Part shown: piece after piece, positions 16,199 through 25,041 of the stretch | Layout of the letters: the number at the start of each line of letters is the position of its first letter | How positions within the stretch are numbered: position 1 is the first letter of the stretch | DNA from: Candidatus Limnocylindrales bacterium | GTDB taxonomy: Bacteria > Chloroflexota > Limnocylindria > Limnocylindrales > CSP1-4 | Assembly: GCA_038915165.1 (NCBI GenBank) | Contig: JBCLDE010000004.1 | Span: 1 to 55,345, forward strand | Reading direction: 5' to 3' | Length of the DNA: 55,345 nucleotides | Notes under the pieces: generated by a model | Told to the model about the DNA's origin: nothing | Databases searched by the model: none | The model's input: only the letters and a program-made list of their open reading frames with translations | Made by a program: the position numbers and the translations under genes

Positions 16199-19042
16199 AT
16201 GGAGACCACCTTGGGGGCCGCCGCGGAAACGCCCGTTCAGACGCCGGTGGAGCGCACGTTCACGGTCAACGGGACGGCGGTCAGCGGGCTGGTTGACGGC
16301 CAGAAGACGCTCCTCCGGTACCTGCGCGACGACCTCGGCCTCATGGGCACGAAGGACGGCTGCACCAGCGGTGACTGCGGTAGCTGCGTCGTCCAGGTCG
16401 ACGGCAAGACGGTCGATTCCTGCGTCTACCTCATGAAGCGCGCCGACGGCGTGAAGATAGAGACGATCGACGGTCTCGCCCGCGAGGACGGCACCCTCCA
16501 TCCGATCCAGGCCGCCTTCCTCGAGAAGGGCGCCGTCCAGTGCGGGTTCTGCATCCCGGGCATGATCATGGCCTCCAAGGCGCTGCTCGAGACGACGCCC
16601 TGCCCGACCCTCCCCCAGATCCGCGAGGGGCTCAAGAACAACATCTGCCGCTGCACCGGGTACGAGCCGATCTTCGATGCCGTCGCGCAGGCAGCCGAGT
16701 GGCTGGACGATCCGTCGTCGTATGAAGGCTGGGAGCCGACCTACGGACCGATCGGCACATCGTCCGTTCTCGTCGACGGCACGAAGAGCGTCCAGGGAAA
16801 GCTCCCATACGCCGACGACATGGTCCTGCCCGGGATGCTCCACGGTGGCGTGGTGTGGTCCGAGCACGCCTACGCCCGGATCCTGAGCCTCGACACGTCG
16901 GCCGCGAAGGCCGCCCCGGGCGTGAAGTGGGTCCTCACCGCGGACGACGTCCCCGGCCTCAACGCCCATGGTCGGACGGTCCCGGATCAGCCCGTCTTCT
17001 GCCACGACCTCGTCCGCTTCACCGGCGACCCGATCGCCCTGGTGCTGGCCGACACACGCGAGAACGCGGCCGCGGCCGTTGAGCTCGTCAAGGTGGAGTA
17101 CGAGCCGCTCGAGGGCCTCTTCGATCCCCTCGATTCGCTCGCCGAGGGCGCCCCGCAGCTCGTCTCCTCTACGCCGGGCAACGTCTGCAAGGCGATCGTC
17201 CACGAGGTCGGTGACATCGAGGCGGCGTTCGCCTCCGCGGCCCACATCGCCGAAGGCCACTTCTCGACCCAGCGCCAGGACCACGCCTACCTCGAGCCGC
17301 TCGCCTGCCTCGCCGAGGCCCGCGACGGCGGGGTCACGGTCTACGTCCCGACCCAGTCGCCGTTCGAGGCCCGCGAGCAGCTGACGAAGATCCTCGACCT
17401 GCCTCGCGAGAAGATCCGGATCGTCGTCACGCCGCTCGGTGGCGGCTTCGGTGGCAAGCTCGAGATCGCCCTCGAGGGGATGGCCGCGGTCGCCGCCTGG
17501 GTGACCCGCAAGCCGGTCAAGATCGTGCTCAACCGGAGCGAGAGTCTGCGGACCTCCGTGAAGCGCCACCCGTTCGAGCTCGACTACCGCGTCGCGACGG
17601 ACGCCGAGGGCCACCTGCTCGCGGTCGACGCGAAGATGATCTGCGACGCCGGGCCGTACACCGGCAACAGCCCGCGGGTCATCGACCAAGCGTGCATCTT
17701 CTCGTGCGGGCCATACCGCGTCCCGAACGTCCGCATCGACGGCAAGGCCGTCCTGACCAACAACCCACTCGGCGGCGCCTTCCGCGGCTACGGCATCAAC
17801 CAGGCCGCCGTCGCGATGGAATCGCTGATGGATGAGCTGGCGATCAAGCTCGAGATGGACCCGTTCGACTTCCGCCGCAAGAACATGTACGTCGAGGGCG
17901 ACTACACGATCACCGGTCAGCACCTGTCGAGCAGCGTCGGCGCGGTCGCGACCCTCGATGCCTGCAAGATCGCGTTCGAGGAGGAATGGCCGACCTACCA
18001 GGCGATGGCCCGGCCGGGCTACCGGATCGGGTTCGGCGTCGCCGGCGGGATGAAGAACGTCGGGGCCGGGAAGGGCAAGATCGACGACGCCGGGGCGACG
18101 TTCACGCTCAAGCCGGACGGCCGGATCGAGCTCATCGCCTCGGTCGTCGACATGGGCCAGGCGATCCGGACCACGATGGTCCAGTTCGCGGCCCAGTCGA
18201 CCGGCCTCGACTTCCGATGTTTCGACATCATCACCATGGACACCGCGGTGGTGCATCCGCATCGGTCGGCATCGGGCCAGCGCCAGACGCTCGTGTCGGG
18301 CAACGCCGTGGTCATCGCCGGCAAGCAGTTCAAGAAGCTCCTGTTCGAGCTCGCCTCGAAGTGGAGCGGCCACGCTCCCGAGCAGCTCGCGCTCATCGAC
18401 AACGAGTTCCGGACGCAGTGGACCCAGTACGTCGTCGAGCAGAAGGTGATGACACTCACCGAGCTCTACGAGCGGGCCAGGGCGGAGGGCATCGAGGTCA
18501 AAACGGAGGCCGAGTACATCGCCCCGCAGACGTGGCCGCTGTCCGACCAGGAGGCGCGCCGAACGGTCCCGAGGGAGAAGTACCGCAACTACCCGACCTA
18601 CGCCTACGCCACCCAGGTCGCGTTCGTCGGCGTCGACGAAGCGACGGGCCACGTCGACGTGCTGCGCGTCATCGCGGCGCACGACTGCGGCGTCGCGATC
18701 AATCCGCAGCAGATCCGTGGCCAGCTGATCGGCAGCGTGTCGATGGGCCAGGGCTACGCGCTCACAGAGAACTACCCGACCGTGAACGGGACGCCGCCGT
18801 GGCGGCGGCTCGATTACCGCCGCCTGGGCGTGCCGACGAGCCTGAACGCGACGACAGTGCGCACCGAGATCGTCGAGGACCCGTTCGCGGAGGGCCCGTA
18901 CGGCGCCAAGGGGATTTCGGAGATCGCCACCGTCCCGTCGACCCCGGCGATCCTCAACGCCGTCCACAACGCGACGGGTTACCGGCCGTACTCGATACCG
19001 GTCGACCCGAAACAGGTGCTCGAGGCCATGGTCGCGTCCTGA
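16199..19042 (+). CDS. molybdenum hydroxylase, fused [2Fe-2S] small-subunit + Mo-pterin large-subunit (MOP/aldehyde oxidoreductase-like, no FAD domain)
   Basis: The N-terminus carries both Fe-S motifs ('GCTSGDCGSCVVQVDG', 'QCGFCIPGM...CRCTGY'). These are followed by a/b-hammerhead and MoCo-binding blocks ('FRGYGINQ', 'GGGFGGK'). ATG 16199 is preceded by 'AAGGAG' (16187..16192). Confidence 0.9.
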   Translation: METTLGAAAETPVQTPVERTFTVNGTAVSGLVDGQKTLLRYLRDDLGLMGTKDGCTSGDCGSCVVQVDGKTVDSCVYLMKRADGVKIETIDGLAREDGTLHPIQAAFLEKGAVQCGFCIPGMIMASKALLETTPCPTLPQIREGLKNNICRCTGYEPIFDAVAQAAEWLDDPSSYEGWEPTYGPIGTSSVLVDGTKSVQGKLPYADDMVLPGMLHGGVVWSEHAYARILSLDTSAAKAAPGVKWVLTADDVPGLNAHGRTVPDQPVFCHDLVRFTGDPIALVLADTRENAAAAVELVKVEYEPLEGLFDPLDSLAEGAPQLVSSTPGNVCKAIVHEVGDIEAAFASAAHIAEGHFSTQRQDHAYLEPLACLAEARDGGVTVYVPTQSPFEAREQLTKILDLPREKIRIVVTPLGGGFGGKLEIALEGMAAVAAWVTRKPVKIVLNRSESLRTSVKRHPFELDYRVATDAEGHLLAVDAKMICDAGPYTGNSPRVIDQACIFSCGPYRVPNVRIDGKAVLTNNPLGGAFRGYGINQAAVAMESLMDELAIKLEMDPFDFRRKNMYVEGDYTITGQHLSSSVGAVATLDACKIAFEEEWPTYQAMARPGYRIGFGVAGGMKNVGAGKGKIDDAGATFTLKPDGRIELIASVVDMGQAIRTTMVQFAAQSTGLDFRCFDIITMDTAVVHPHRSASGQRQTLVSGNAVVIAGKQFKKLLFELASKWSGHAPEQLALIDNEFRTQWTQYVVEQKVMTLTELYERARAEGIEVKTEAEYIAPQTWPLSDQEARRTVPREKYRNYPTYAYATQVAFVGVDEATGHVDVLRVIAAHDCGVAINPQQIRGQLIGSVSMGQGYALTENYPTVNGTPPWRRLDYRRLGVPTSLNATTVRTEIVEDPFAEGPYGAKGISEIATVPSTPAILNAVHNATGYRPYSIPVDPKQVLEAMVAS

Positions 19043-19048
19043 TCTCCG

Positions 19049-20089
19049 GTGACCGCTCCGTCTGATCCGCTCACCGTCGTCGTCGCGTCGCCGATCGAGC
19101 CGGAGCTCGTCGAGCGGATTCGCGCTGTCGACCGTGTGCGCCTGCGGATCGTCCACGAGCCGACGCTCATCCCCCGCGCCCGTCATGTCGCCGACCACGA
19201 CGGCGAGCGGCCAATCCTCGACGCCCCGGATCTGGAGCGCTGGCTCTCGATCCTTGGCTCCGCGGACATCCTGTTCGATCTCGATTGGTACGCCCCGGCC
19301 GAGATGCCCAGGCACGCGCCGAAGCTCCGCTGGGTCCAGGTGTCCCGCTCGGGCGTCGGCGAGTCGCTGCGTCGACACGGGCTTGACCGGTCCGACATCG
19401 TCTTCACGAACGCTGCCGGCGTCCATGCGGTACCGCTCACGGAGTTCGTGGTCCTCGGCCTGCTCTGGCTGGTCAAGAACGTGCCCCGGATGCAGGCGGA
19501 GCAGGCGCAACACGCCTGGCAGCCGAGCGTCACCCGGGTGCTGGCGAACACGCGCGTCCTCCTCGTCGGGCTCGGCGGGCTCGGGGGGCAGGTCGCCGGT
19601 ACGTTGGCCGGCCTCGGCGTCGAGGTCTGGGGTCTGCGACGGTCGGACGCGCCGCCGCCGGAAGGTGTCGCCCGGTCGATCCGGCCCGCCGAGCTCCGAT
19701 CGGCCCTCGGCACTGTCGACGCGCTAGTCGTCGCCTGCCCGTACACCGCCGAGACCCGTCATCTGATCGGCGCCGATGAGCTCGCTGCCCTGCCGGCCGG
19801 TGCCTTCGTCGTGAACATCGCGCGGGGCGGCGTGATCTATGAGCCGGCCCTCGTGGCAGCCCTCCAAAACGGCCATCTGGGCGGCGCCGCCCTCGATGTC
19901 TTCGAACACGAGCCGCTCCCGCCCGACAGCCCGCTGTGGGACATGCCGAACGTCCTCGTCTCGCCCCACCGGGCGAGCGTCGTCGACACGGAGAACCCTC
20001 TGATCGTCGACCTGTTCATCGACAACCTCCGCCGGTTCCTCGATAAACGACCCTTGCGCAACATCTATGATCGGGACCGTGGGTACTGA
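19049..20089 (+). CDS. D-isomer-specific 2-hydroxyacid dehydrogenase family, NAD(P)-binding
   Basis: 'VLLVGLGGLGGQVA' dinucleotide motif, 'VVNIARGGVIYEPALVAALQNGHLGGAALDVFEHEPLP' and 'SPHRAS' (catalytic His). GTG start lies 6 nt after the upstream stop. Confidence 0.8.
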   Translation: MTAPSDPLTVVVASPIEPELVERIRAVDRVRLRIVHEPTLIPRARHVADHDGERPILDAPDLERWLSILGSADILFDLDWYAPAEMPRHAPKLRWVQVSRSGVGESLRRHGLDRSDIVFTNAAGVHAVPLTEFVVLGLLWLVKNVPRMQAEQAQHAWQPSVTRVLANTRVLLVGLGGLGGQVAGTLAGLGVEVWGLRRSDAPPPEGVARSIRPAELRSALGTVDALVVACPYTAETRHLIGADELAALPAGAFVVNIARGGVIYEPALVAALQNGHLGGAALDVFEHEPLPPDSPLWDMPNVLVSPHRASVVDTENPLIVDLFIDNLRRFLDKRPLRNIYDRDRGY

Positions 20090-20098
20090 GGGACGCGC

Positions 20099-21736
20099 TT
20101 GCATGCTGTCATGTCGATGAACGGCTCCGGGACCGTGGTCTACCGGGCCGCGGAGATCATCACCGTTGACCCAGCCGGGACCGTGGCCACCGGGCTGCTG
20201 GTCCGCGGCGATCGGATCGCGGCGATCGGCGACGCCCACGAGCTGGTCTCGGCGGCGCGTCCGGGGACACCGGTCATCGACCTTGCCGGATCGACGATCG
20301 TCCCCGGTCTGATCGACGCCCACTGCCACATCTCGATGCTGGCCTACCTGCTGACCGGCGCGGACTGCTCTTCCGGCGCGGCACCGTCGGTGGCTGCCAT
20401 CCGCGAGCGGCTGGCAGCCACCGCGCCCGGTCCAGAGGGCTGGATCACCGGCAGCGGCTACGCGGAGTACAAGCTGACCGACGGTCGCCATCCGACGCGC
20501 GACGATCTCGACGAGGCCGTCGGCGCCACGCCGTGCGTTCTCTTCCACCTCTCGCTCCACCTGTGCGTCGTCAACTCGGCGGCCCTCCGCGAGCTCGGTC
20601 TGACCGACGACAGCCCCGATCCCGACCACGGCTGGCTCGGGCGGGACGCCGTCGGGCGCCTGGACGGCCGGCTCATCGAGACGCTGGCCCTCGACCTGCT
20701 CGGCGCGAACATGCGGCGGCATCTGGAGGCGCTCGACGCCACCGGTCGTGCCGCCTTCGTCCGCCGGGCCGGCGACCACCTCGCCGCGCTCGGCATCACC
20801 AGCTGCTCGGATGCCGCCGCCGACGCGGGCGCCTTCCTGGCCCTCCGCGAGGCGGAGCGGCGGGGCGAGCTGCCGGTCAGGGTGAGCGTCATGTTCACGT
20901 ATCCCGAAGCGGGCTGGCTGCTGAAGGCCGGCATGACCACGGGCTTCGGCTCCGACCGGCTGCGGATCGGGGCGATCAAGCTCTTCTGCGACGGCGGCAT
21001 GAGCAGCCGGACCGCCGCGGTCGACGAGCCCTACGAGGTGCCGCCCCACGACACCGGCCTGCTCTGGTACGAGACGGACGCCCTGGCGGCGGTCATCCGC
21101 GAGTGCGACGAGGCCGGGTTCCAGGTCGCCATCCACGCCCAGGGCGAGCGCGGCATCCGGACGACGCTCGCCGCCTACGAGGCGGTGCTCGCGCCGGGCA
21201 ACCCGCTGCGCCACCGGATCGAGCATGGTGGCTGCTTCACGGCGGAGCTGCGGTCGGTGGCGGCACGCCTCGGGATCCACGTCGTCAGCCAACCAGGCTT
21301 CTTTTCGGCGCTCGGCGACGGCTACCTCGAGGCGTTCGGGGCCGCCCGGACGGCGGGGCTCTACCCGTTCGCGAGCCTGCGCGACGCCGGCGTCCTGGTC
21401 GCCGGATCATCCGACGCGCCGGTCATCGGGGCCTCGCCACTCGTCGCCATGCGTGACGCCATCCTGCGCCGGACGGACGGTGGCGGGCATGTGGCCCTGT
21501 CCGAGGCGCTCCCCGCGGACGAGGCGCTCGCGATGTACACGCGCCGCGCGGCGTTTGTCAGCCACCACGAGGACCAGGTCGGCTCGCTCGAGGTCGGCAA
21601 GCTGGCCGACTTCACGGTCCTCGACCGCAACCCCCTGACCGCGGCGCCCGAGACCCTGGCCGAGACCATCGTGCAGCTGACGGTGGTCGGTGGCGCCGTC
21701 ACGTTCAGACGCCCGTGGGAGGCCGCTCGTGCGTGA
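20099..21736 (+). CDS. amidohydrolase_3 (YtcJ-like metal-dependent hydrolase)
   Basis: 'VPGLIDAHCHI' N-terminal metal motif, about 540 aa, C-terminal 'GSSDAPV' block. Start is TTG 20099 or ATG 20111/20117. Confidence 0.8.
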   Translation: MHAVMSMNGSGTVVYRAAEIITVDPAGTVATGLLVRGDRIAAIGDAHELVSAARPGTPVIDLAGSTIVPGLIDAHCHISMLAYLLTGADCSSGAAPSVAAIRERLAATAPGPEGWITGSGYAEYKLTDGRHPTRDDLDEAVGATPCVLFHLSLHLCVVNSAALRELGLTDDSPDPDHGWLGRDAVGRLDGRLIETLALDLLGANMRRHLEALDATGRAAFVRRAGDHLAALGITSCSDAAADAGAFLALREAERRGELPVRVSVMFTYPEAGWLLKAGMTTGFGSDRLRIGAIKLFCDGGMSSRTAAVDEPYEVPPHDTGLLWYETDALAAVIRECDEAGFQVAIHAQGERGIRTTLAAYEAVLAPGNPLRHRIEHGGCFTAELRSVAARLGIHVVSQPGFFSALGDGYLEAFGAARTAGLYPFASLRDAGVLVAGSSDAPVIGASPLVAMRDAILRRTDGGGHVALSEALPADEALAMYTRRAAFVSHHEDQVGSLEVGKLADFTVLDRNPLTAAPETLAETIVQLTVVGGAVTFRRPWEAARA

Positions 21737-22643
21737 GGAAGCGGTCGAGTTCCTGTCTGAGGGGACGCGCGTCGTCGGGATCCTGCGCCTCCCCGACACG
21801 GGCGACGGGCCGTTCCCGGTGATCGTCCAGGGCCCGGGCTGGCTCGGTCTCGCCGACGCCAAGGCGTACGTCCCTTGGCATGCCGCCTTCGTCGACGCGG
21901 GCTACGGCGTCCTCGTCTTCGACTACCGCGGCCACGGCAAGAGCGACGGCGAGCGCGGCTGGATCCTCCCCGAACGGATGGTCGAGGACATGATCAACGC
22001 GGTCACCTTCCTCGAGACCCGGCCAGAGGTCGACCGTCACCGGATCGGGGCGTTCGGGATCGGCGGGATCGGCTCGGCGAACGCCATCGTGGCCGCGGCC
22101 CGCGATCCGCGGATCCGCTGCCTGGCGGTCCAGTCGGTCGTCAGCGACGGCGCCGCCTGGCTGCGCGGGATGCGCCGCGAGTACGAGTGGGTGGCATTCA
22201 AGGCGCGTGTCGCGGAGGACGCCCGGACGTGGGTGCGCGACGGCGTCAGCGAGCTCGTCGATCCGCGGACGGAGATCATGGTCGGCGCCCCCGAGCGGGC
22301 TCGCTACACGGGCAAGGCGGACGTGGACGCGAAGATCGAACAACGCTTCCATCTCCAGAGTGCGGCCGCGGTCATGCGCTTCCGCCCGGTCGATGTCGTC
22401 GACCGGTTGGCGCCGCGCGGACTGCTCGTGATCACGGTCGCGGACGACACCGTCACCCCGGACGAGCAGGCAACCGCCCTGTACGAGCGCGCCGGCTCGC
22501 CGAAACGCCTGGTCCGCCAGCACGGGACGACCCATTACGAGTCGTACACGGAGAACTTCGCGCTCCTCGCCCGGGAGATCGTCGACTGGTATGACGAGCA
22601 CCTCACGGGTCCGTCGATCGAAATCCTGGAGGGCCGCACGTGA
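21729..22643 (+). CDS. alpha/beta-fold protein, paralog 1, non-canonical nucleophile elbow
   Basis: Alpha/beta-hydrolase topology blocks 'VLVFDYRGHGKSDG', 'RIGAFGIGGIGSANA', 'VADDTVTP' and 'GTTHYESY'. GTG 21729 overlaps the upstream stop (GTGCGTGA). Confidence 0.7.
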   Translation: MREEAVEFLSEGTRVVGILRLPDTGDGPFPVIVQGPGWLGLADAKAYVPWHAAFVDAGYGVLVFDYRGHGKSDGERGWILPERMVEDMINAVTFLETRPEVDRHRIGAFGIGGIGSANAIVAAARDPRIRCLAVQSVVSDGAAWLRGMRREYEWVAFKARVAEDARTWVRDGVSELVDPRTEIMVGAPERARYTGKADVDAKIEQRFHLQSAAAVMRFRPVDVVDRLAPRGLLVITVADDTVTPDEQATALYERAGSPKRLVRQHGTTHYESYTENFALLAREIVDWYDEHLTGPSIEILEGRT

Positions 22644-24031
22644 CCGCCGCCGACCTGACGATCCGATCCCGACGCATCCACACGCCCGACGGCTGGCGGG
22701 ACGGCTTGATCGTCGTGGTCGACGGCCGGATCGTCGAGATCCGTCCTGCCGGGGACGACCTTCAGGGTGCCCGTCATGTCGACGCCACCGACCATGTCGT
22801 CATCCCGGGTCTCATCGACACGCACGCCCACTTCCGCGACCCGGGCTTCACCGACAAGGAGGACTGGACGACCGGGAGTCGTGCGGCGGCGGCCGGCGGC
22901 GTCACCACCGTCCTCGACATGCCGAACGTCCAGCCACCGACGACGGACGCCGAGAAGCTGACCGCCCACCTGGCCAACGCCAAAGCGAAGTCGATCGTCG
23001 ATTTCGGGCACAACGCGGCAGCGACCATGCCGGAGAACATCGCCGGGCTCGCCGACGCAGGGGCGACCGCCTTCAAGGTCTTCATGATGGCCGACGTCGG
23101 GCGGGACTATCCCCACATGCCGGGGATCGCCGTGGACGACCACGCGACCCTCTTCCGGATCTGCGAGGAGGTCGCAAAGACCGACCGGCCGCTCTTCGTC
23201 CACCCCTGGGACCAGTCGCTCTATCAGCTGTTCATCGAGCGGGCCTGGGCCACCACCGGGCGCGACTTCCGCTCGTATGCGCGGGCCGGCCGGTCCGCCG
23301 AGGGGATCGTGCTGGACTCCGGGATCGCCACGATGCTCCTGCTCCAGCGCGCGACCGGCGTTCGGCTGCACATCCTCCACGTCATGACGACCGGCGGGGT
23401 CGAGATGATCCGCGCCGCGAAGGCCGCCAGACAGGCCGTGACGGCCGAGGTGAACCCGGCCTCGCTGTACGTGACGAACTCGTGGGAGAGCATCGAACGG
23501 TGGGGTCCGCTGGCCCTCGGGATGTGGGTCCCCGACGACCATGCCGACGCCGTCCGACGGGCGACCGTGGACGGCACGATCGATGTGGTCGGCACGGATC
23601 ACGCTCCGCACACGCTCGAGGAGAAGGAGATCGGCTGGAGCGACATGTTCGCGGCCCCGGGTGGCAGCCCGATGATCCAGCACTACCTGTCGCTCCTGCT
23701 GACCGACGTGAACGCGGGCCGGATCGGTCTCGAGCGCGTCGTCGAGCTCTGCGCCACGGCGCCGGCGCAGCTGGTCAACCTCTACCCGAGGAAGGGCGCG
23801 ATCGCGGCCGGCTCGGACGCGGACGTTGTCATCGTGGACATGAACCGCGAATCGGTCATCCACGCTGCCGACAGCTACCACAAATGCGGCTGGTCGAATC
23901 TCGAGGGGCGGGCAGTGATCGGGATGCCGGTCATGACGATCCTGCGGGGCACGGTGATCGCCGAGAACGGGGTGGTCCTGGTGGGGCCCGGGAACGGCGA
24001 GCCCGTCACCGCTCCCCGGATCATGGCCTGA
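22640..24031 (+). CDS. cyclic amidohydrolase (dihydroorotase/hydantoinase class), paralog 2
   Basis: 'GLIDTHAHFRDPG', 'GGVTTVLDMPNVQPP' and 'AFKVFMM'. GTGA start/stop overlap with the upstream gene at 22640..22643. Confidence 0.85.
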   Translation: MTAADLTIRSRRIHTPDGWRDGLIVVVDGRIVEIRPAGDDLQGARHVDATDHVVIPGLIDTHAHFRDPGFTDKEDWTTGSRAAAAGGVTTVLDMPNVQPPTTDAEKLTAHLANAKAKSIVDFGHNAAATMPENIAGLADAGATAFKVFMMADVGRDYPHMPGIAVDDHATLFRICEEVAKTDRPLFVHPWDQSLYQLFIERAWATTGRDFRSYARAGRSAEGIVLDSGIATMLLLQRATGVRLHILHVMTTGGVEMIRAAKAARQAVTAEVNPASLYVTNSWESIERWGPLALGMWVPDDHADAVRRATVDGTIDVVGTDHAPHTLEEKEIGWSDMFAAPGGSPMIQHYLSLLLTDVNAGRIGLERVVELCATAPAQLVNLYPRKGAIAAGSDADVVIVDMNRESVIHAADSYHKCGWSNLEGRAVIGMPVMTILRGTVIAENGVVLVGPGNGEPVTAPRIMA

Positions 24032-24046
24032 GATTCGGAGGCACAC

Positions 24047-24508
24047 ATGCTGCTGGCGATCACCAAGTCCGTCACGCTTCCGCGCTCCGCCGACGAGGTC
24101 TGGGCGCTGCTGCAACAGCCGGTCCGGGTGGCCGGCTGCCTGCCCAACGTCCGGGAGTTCGAGCCAGCGGGAGCGCCCGGCCGGTACACGACGCTGCTGG
24201 TCGAGCGCCTCGGTCCGTTCTCCGTCCAGGTCGCCCTGACGATCGACGTCTCGGAGGATGCCGCCGCTCGCCGGATGGTAGCGACGGTGTCCGGCGAGGA
24301 TCGGGCGGGTCAGGCCCGGGTTCGGGGCGACGTCACCGCCACGGTCAGGCCGACCGGCGAGGGATCGACGCTCGATGTCTCCAGCAACGTCGAGGTCCTC
24401 GGGCGCATGGCCGCCCTGGGCGCCGTCCCGATGCGGCGGCGCGGCGACCAGGTCTTCGATCAGTTCGTCCGTAACATCGGGACCCTCCTGGAGGAGCAGC
24501 ATGGCTGA
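24047..24508 (+). CDS. CoxG/SRPBCC-family protein
   Basis: 153-aa ORF. 'LPRSADEVWALLQQPVRVAGCLPNVREFE' resembles the CoxG-like N-terminus. 'GGAGG' SD-like sequence upstream. Its stop overlaps the next start. Confidence 0.7.
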   Translation: MLLAITKSVTLPRSADEVWALLQQPVRVAGCLPNVREFEPAGAPGRYTTLLVERLGPFSVQVALTIDVSEDAAARRMVATVSGEDRAGQARVRGDVTATVRPTGEGSTLDVSSNVEVLGRMAALGAVPMRRRGDQVFDQFVRNIGTLLEEQHG

Positions 24509-25034
24509 CGCGCCCATCGACCCGATCGCGGTCGTGATGACGGTCAATCGGACCGAGGTGTCCGTAGAGGTCGAGCCGTCCGAGTCGCTCTCCTACACCC
24601 TGCGCAACCGCCTGGGGCTCACCGGCACGAAGCTGTCATGCGATGTCCAGGCCTGCGGCGCCTGCACGGTGCTGGTCGACGGGCTCCCCCGCAGCTCGTG
24701 CACGTTCCTCACCTACGAGGCCCGCGGACGCGAGGTCCTGACGGTCGAGGGGCTCGCCGTCGACGGCGTCCTCCATCCGGTCCAGGAGGCCTTCATCGCC
24801 GAGAGCGCCTTCCAATGCGGCTTCTGCACGCCGGGGATGCTGCTGACCGCCCACGCCTACCTCGCGAACGAGGCGGAGGCCGACGCAGATGACGACGACC
24901 TCATCGAGCACATGAGCGGCAACCTCTGCCGCTGCACGGGCTACCTGCCGATCGTCGCCGCGATCCTCCGGGCCCAGAAGGCCCGGAGGGCGCAGATCAT
25001 CGGCTTCGCCGGCCTCCCCGGACGACAGGGGTAA
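24501..25034 (+). CDS. (2Fe-2S)-binding small subunit of a Mo hydroxylase (CoxS/XdhC-small-like)
   Basis: 'SCDVQACGACTVLVDG...SSC' and 'QCGFCTPGM...CRCTGY'. ATG 24501 overlaps the CoxG stop (ATGGCTGA). Confidence 0.9.
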   Translation: MADAPIDPIAVVMTVNRTEVSVEVEPSESLSYTLRNRLGLTGTKLSCDVQACGACTVLVDGLPRSSCTFLTYEARGREVLTVEGLAVDGVLHPVQEAFIAESAFQCGFCTPGMLLTAHAYLANEAEADADDDDLIEHMSGNLCRCTGYLPIVAAILRAQKARRAQIIGFAGLPGRQG

Positions 25035-25041
25035 CGCCGCC

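Noticed and set aside
16178-19513. Very long antisense ORFs. Examples are 16178..19513(-) 1111 aa, 39712..42270(-) 852 aa, 24997..27120(-) 707 aa, 22535..24547(-) 670 aa, 31018..32985(+) 655 aa, 37660..39621(+) 653 aa and 10039..11505(-) 488 aa.
   Set aside because: Their products are Arg/Gly/Asp/Pro-rich low-complexity sequences with no recognisable motifs. That is typical of stop-free shadow frames in high-GC DNA. In every case the opposite strand encodes a protein with clear family signatures.
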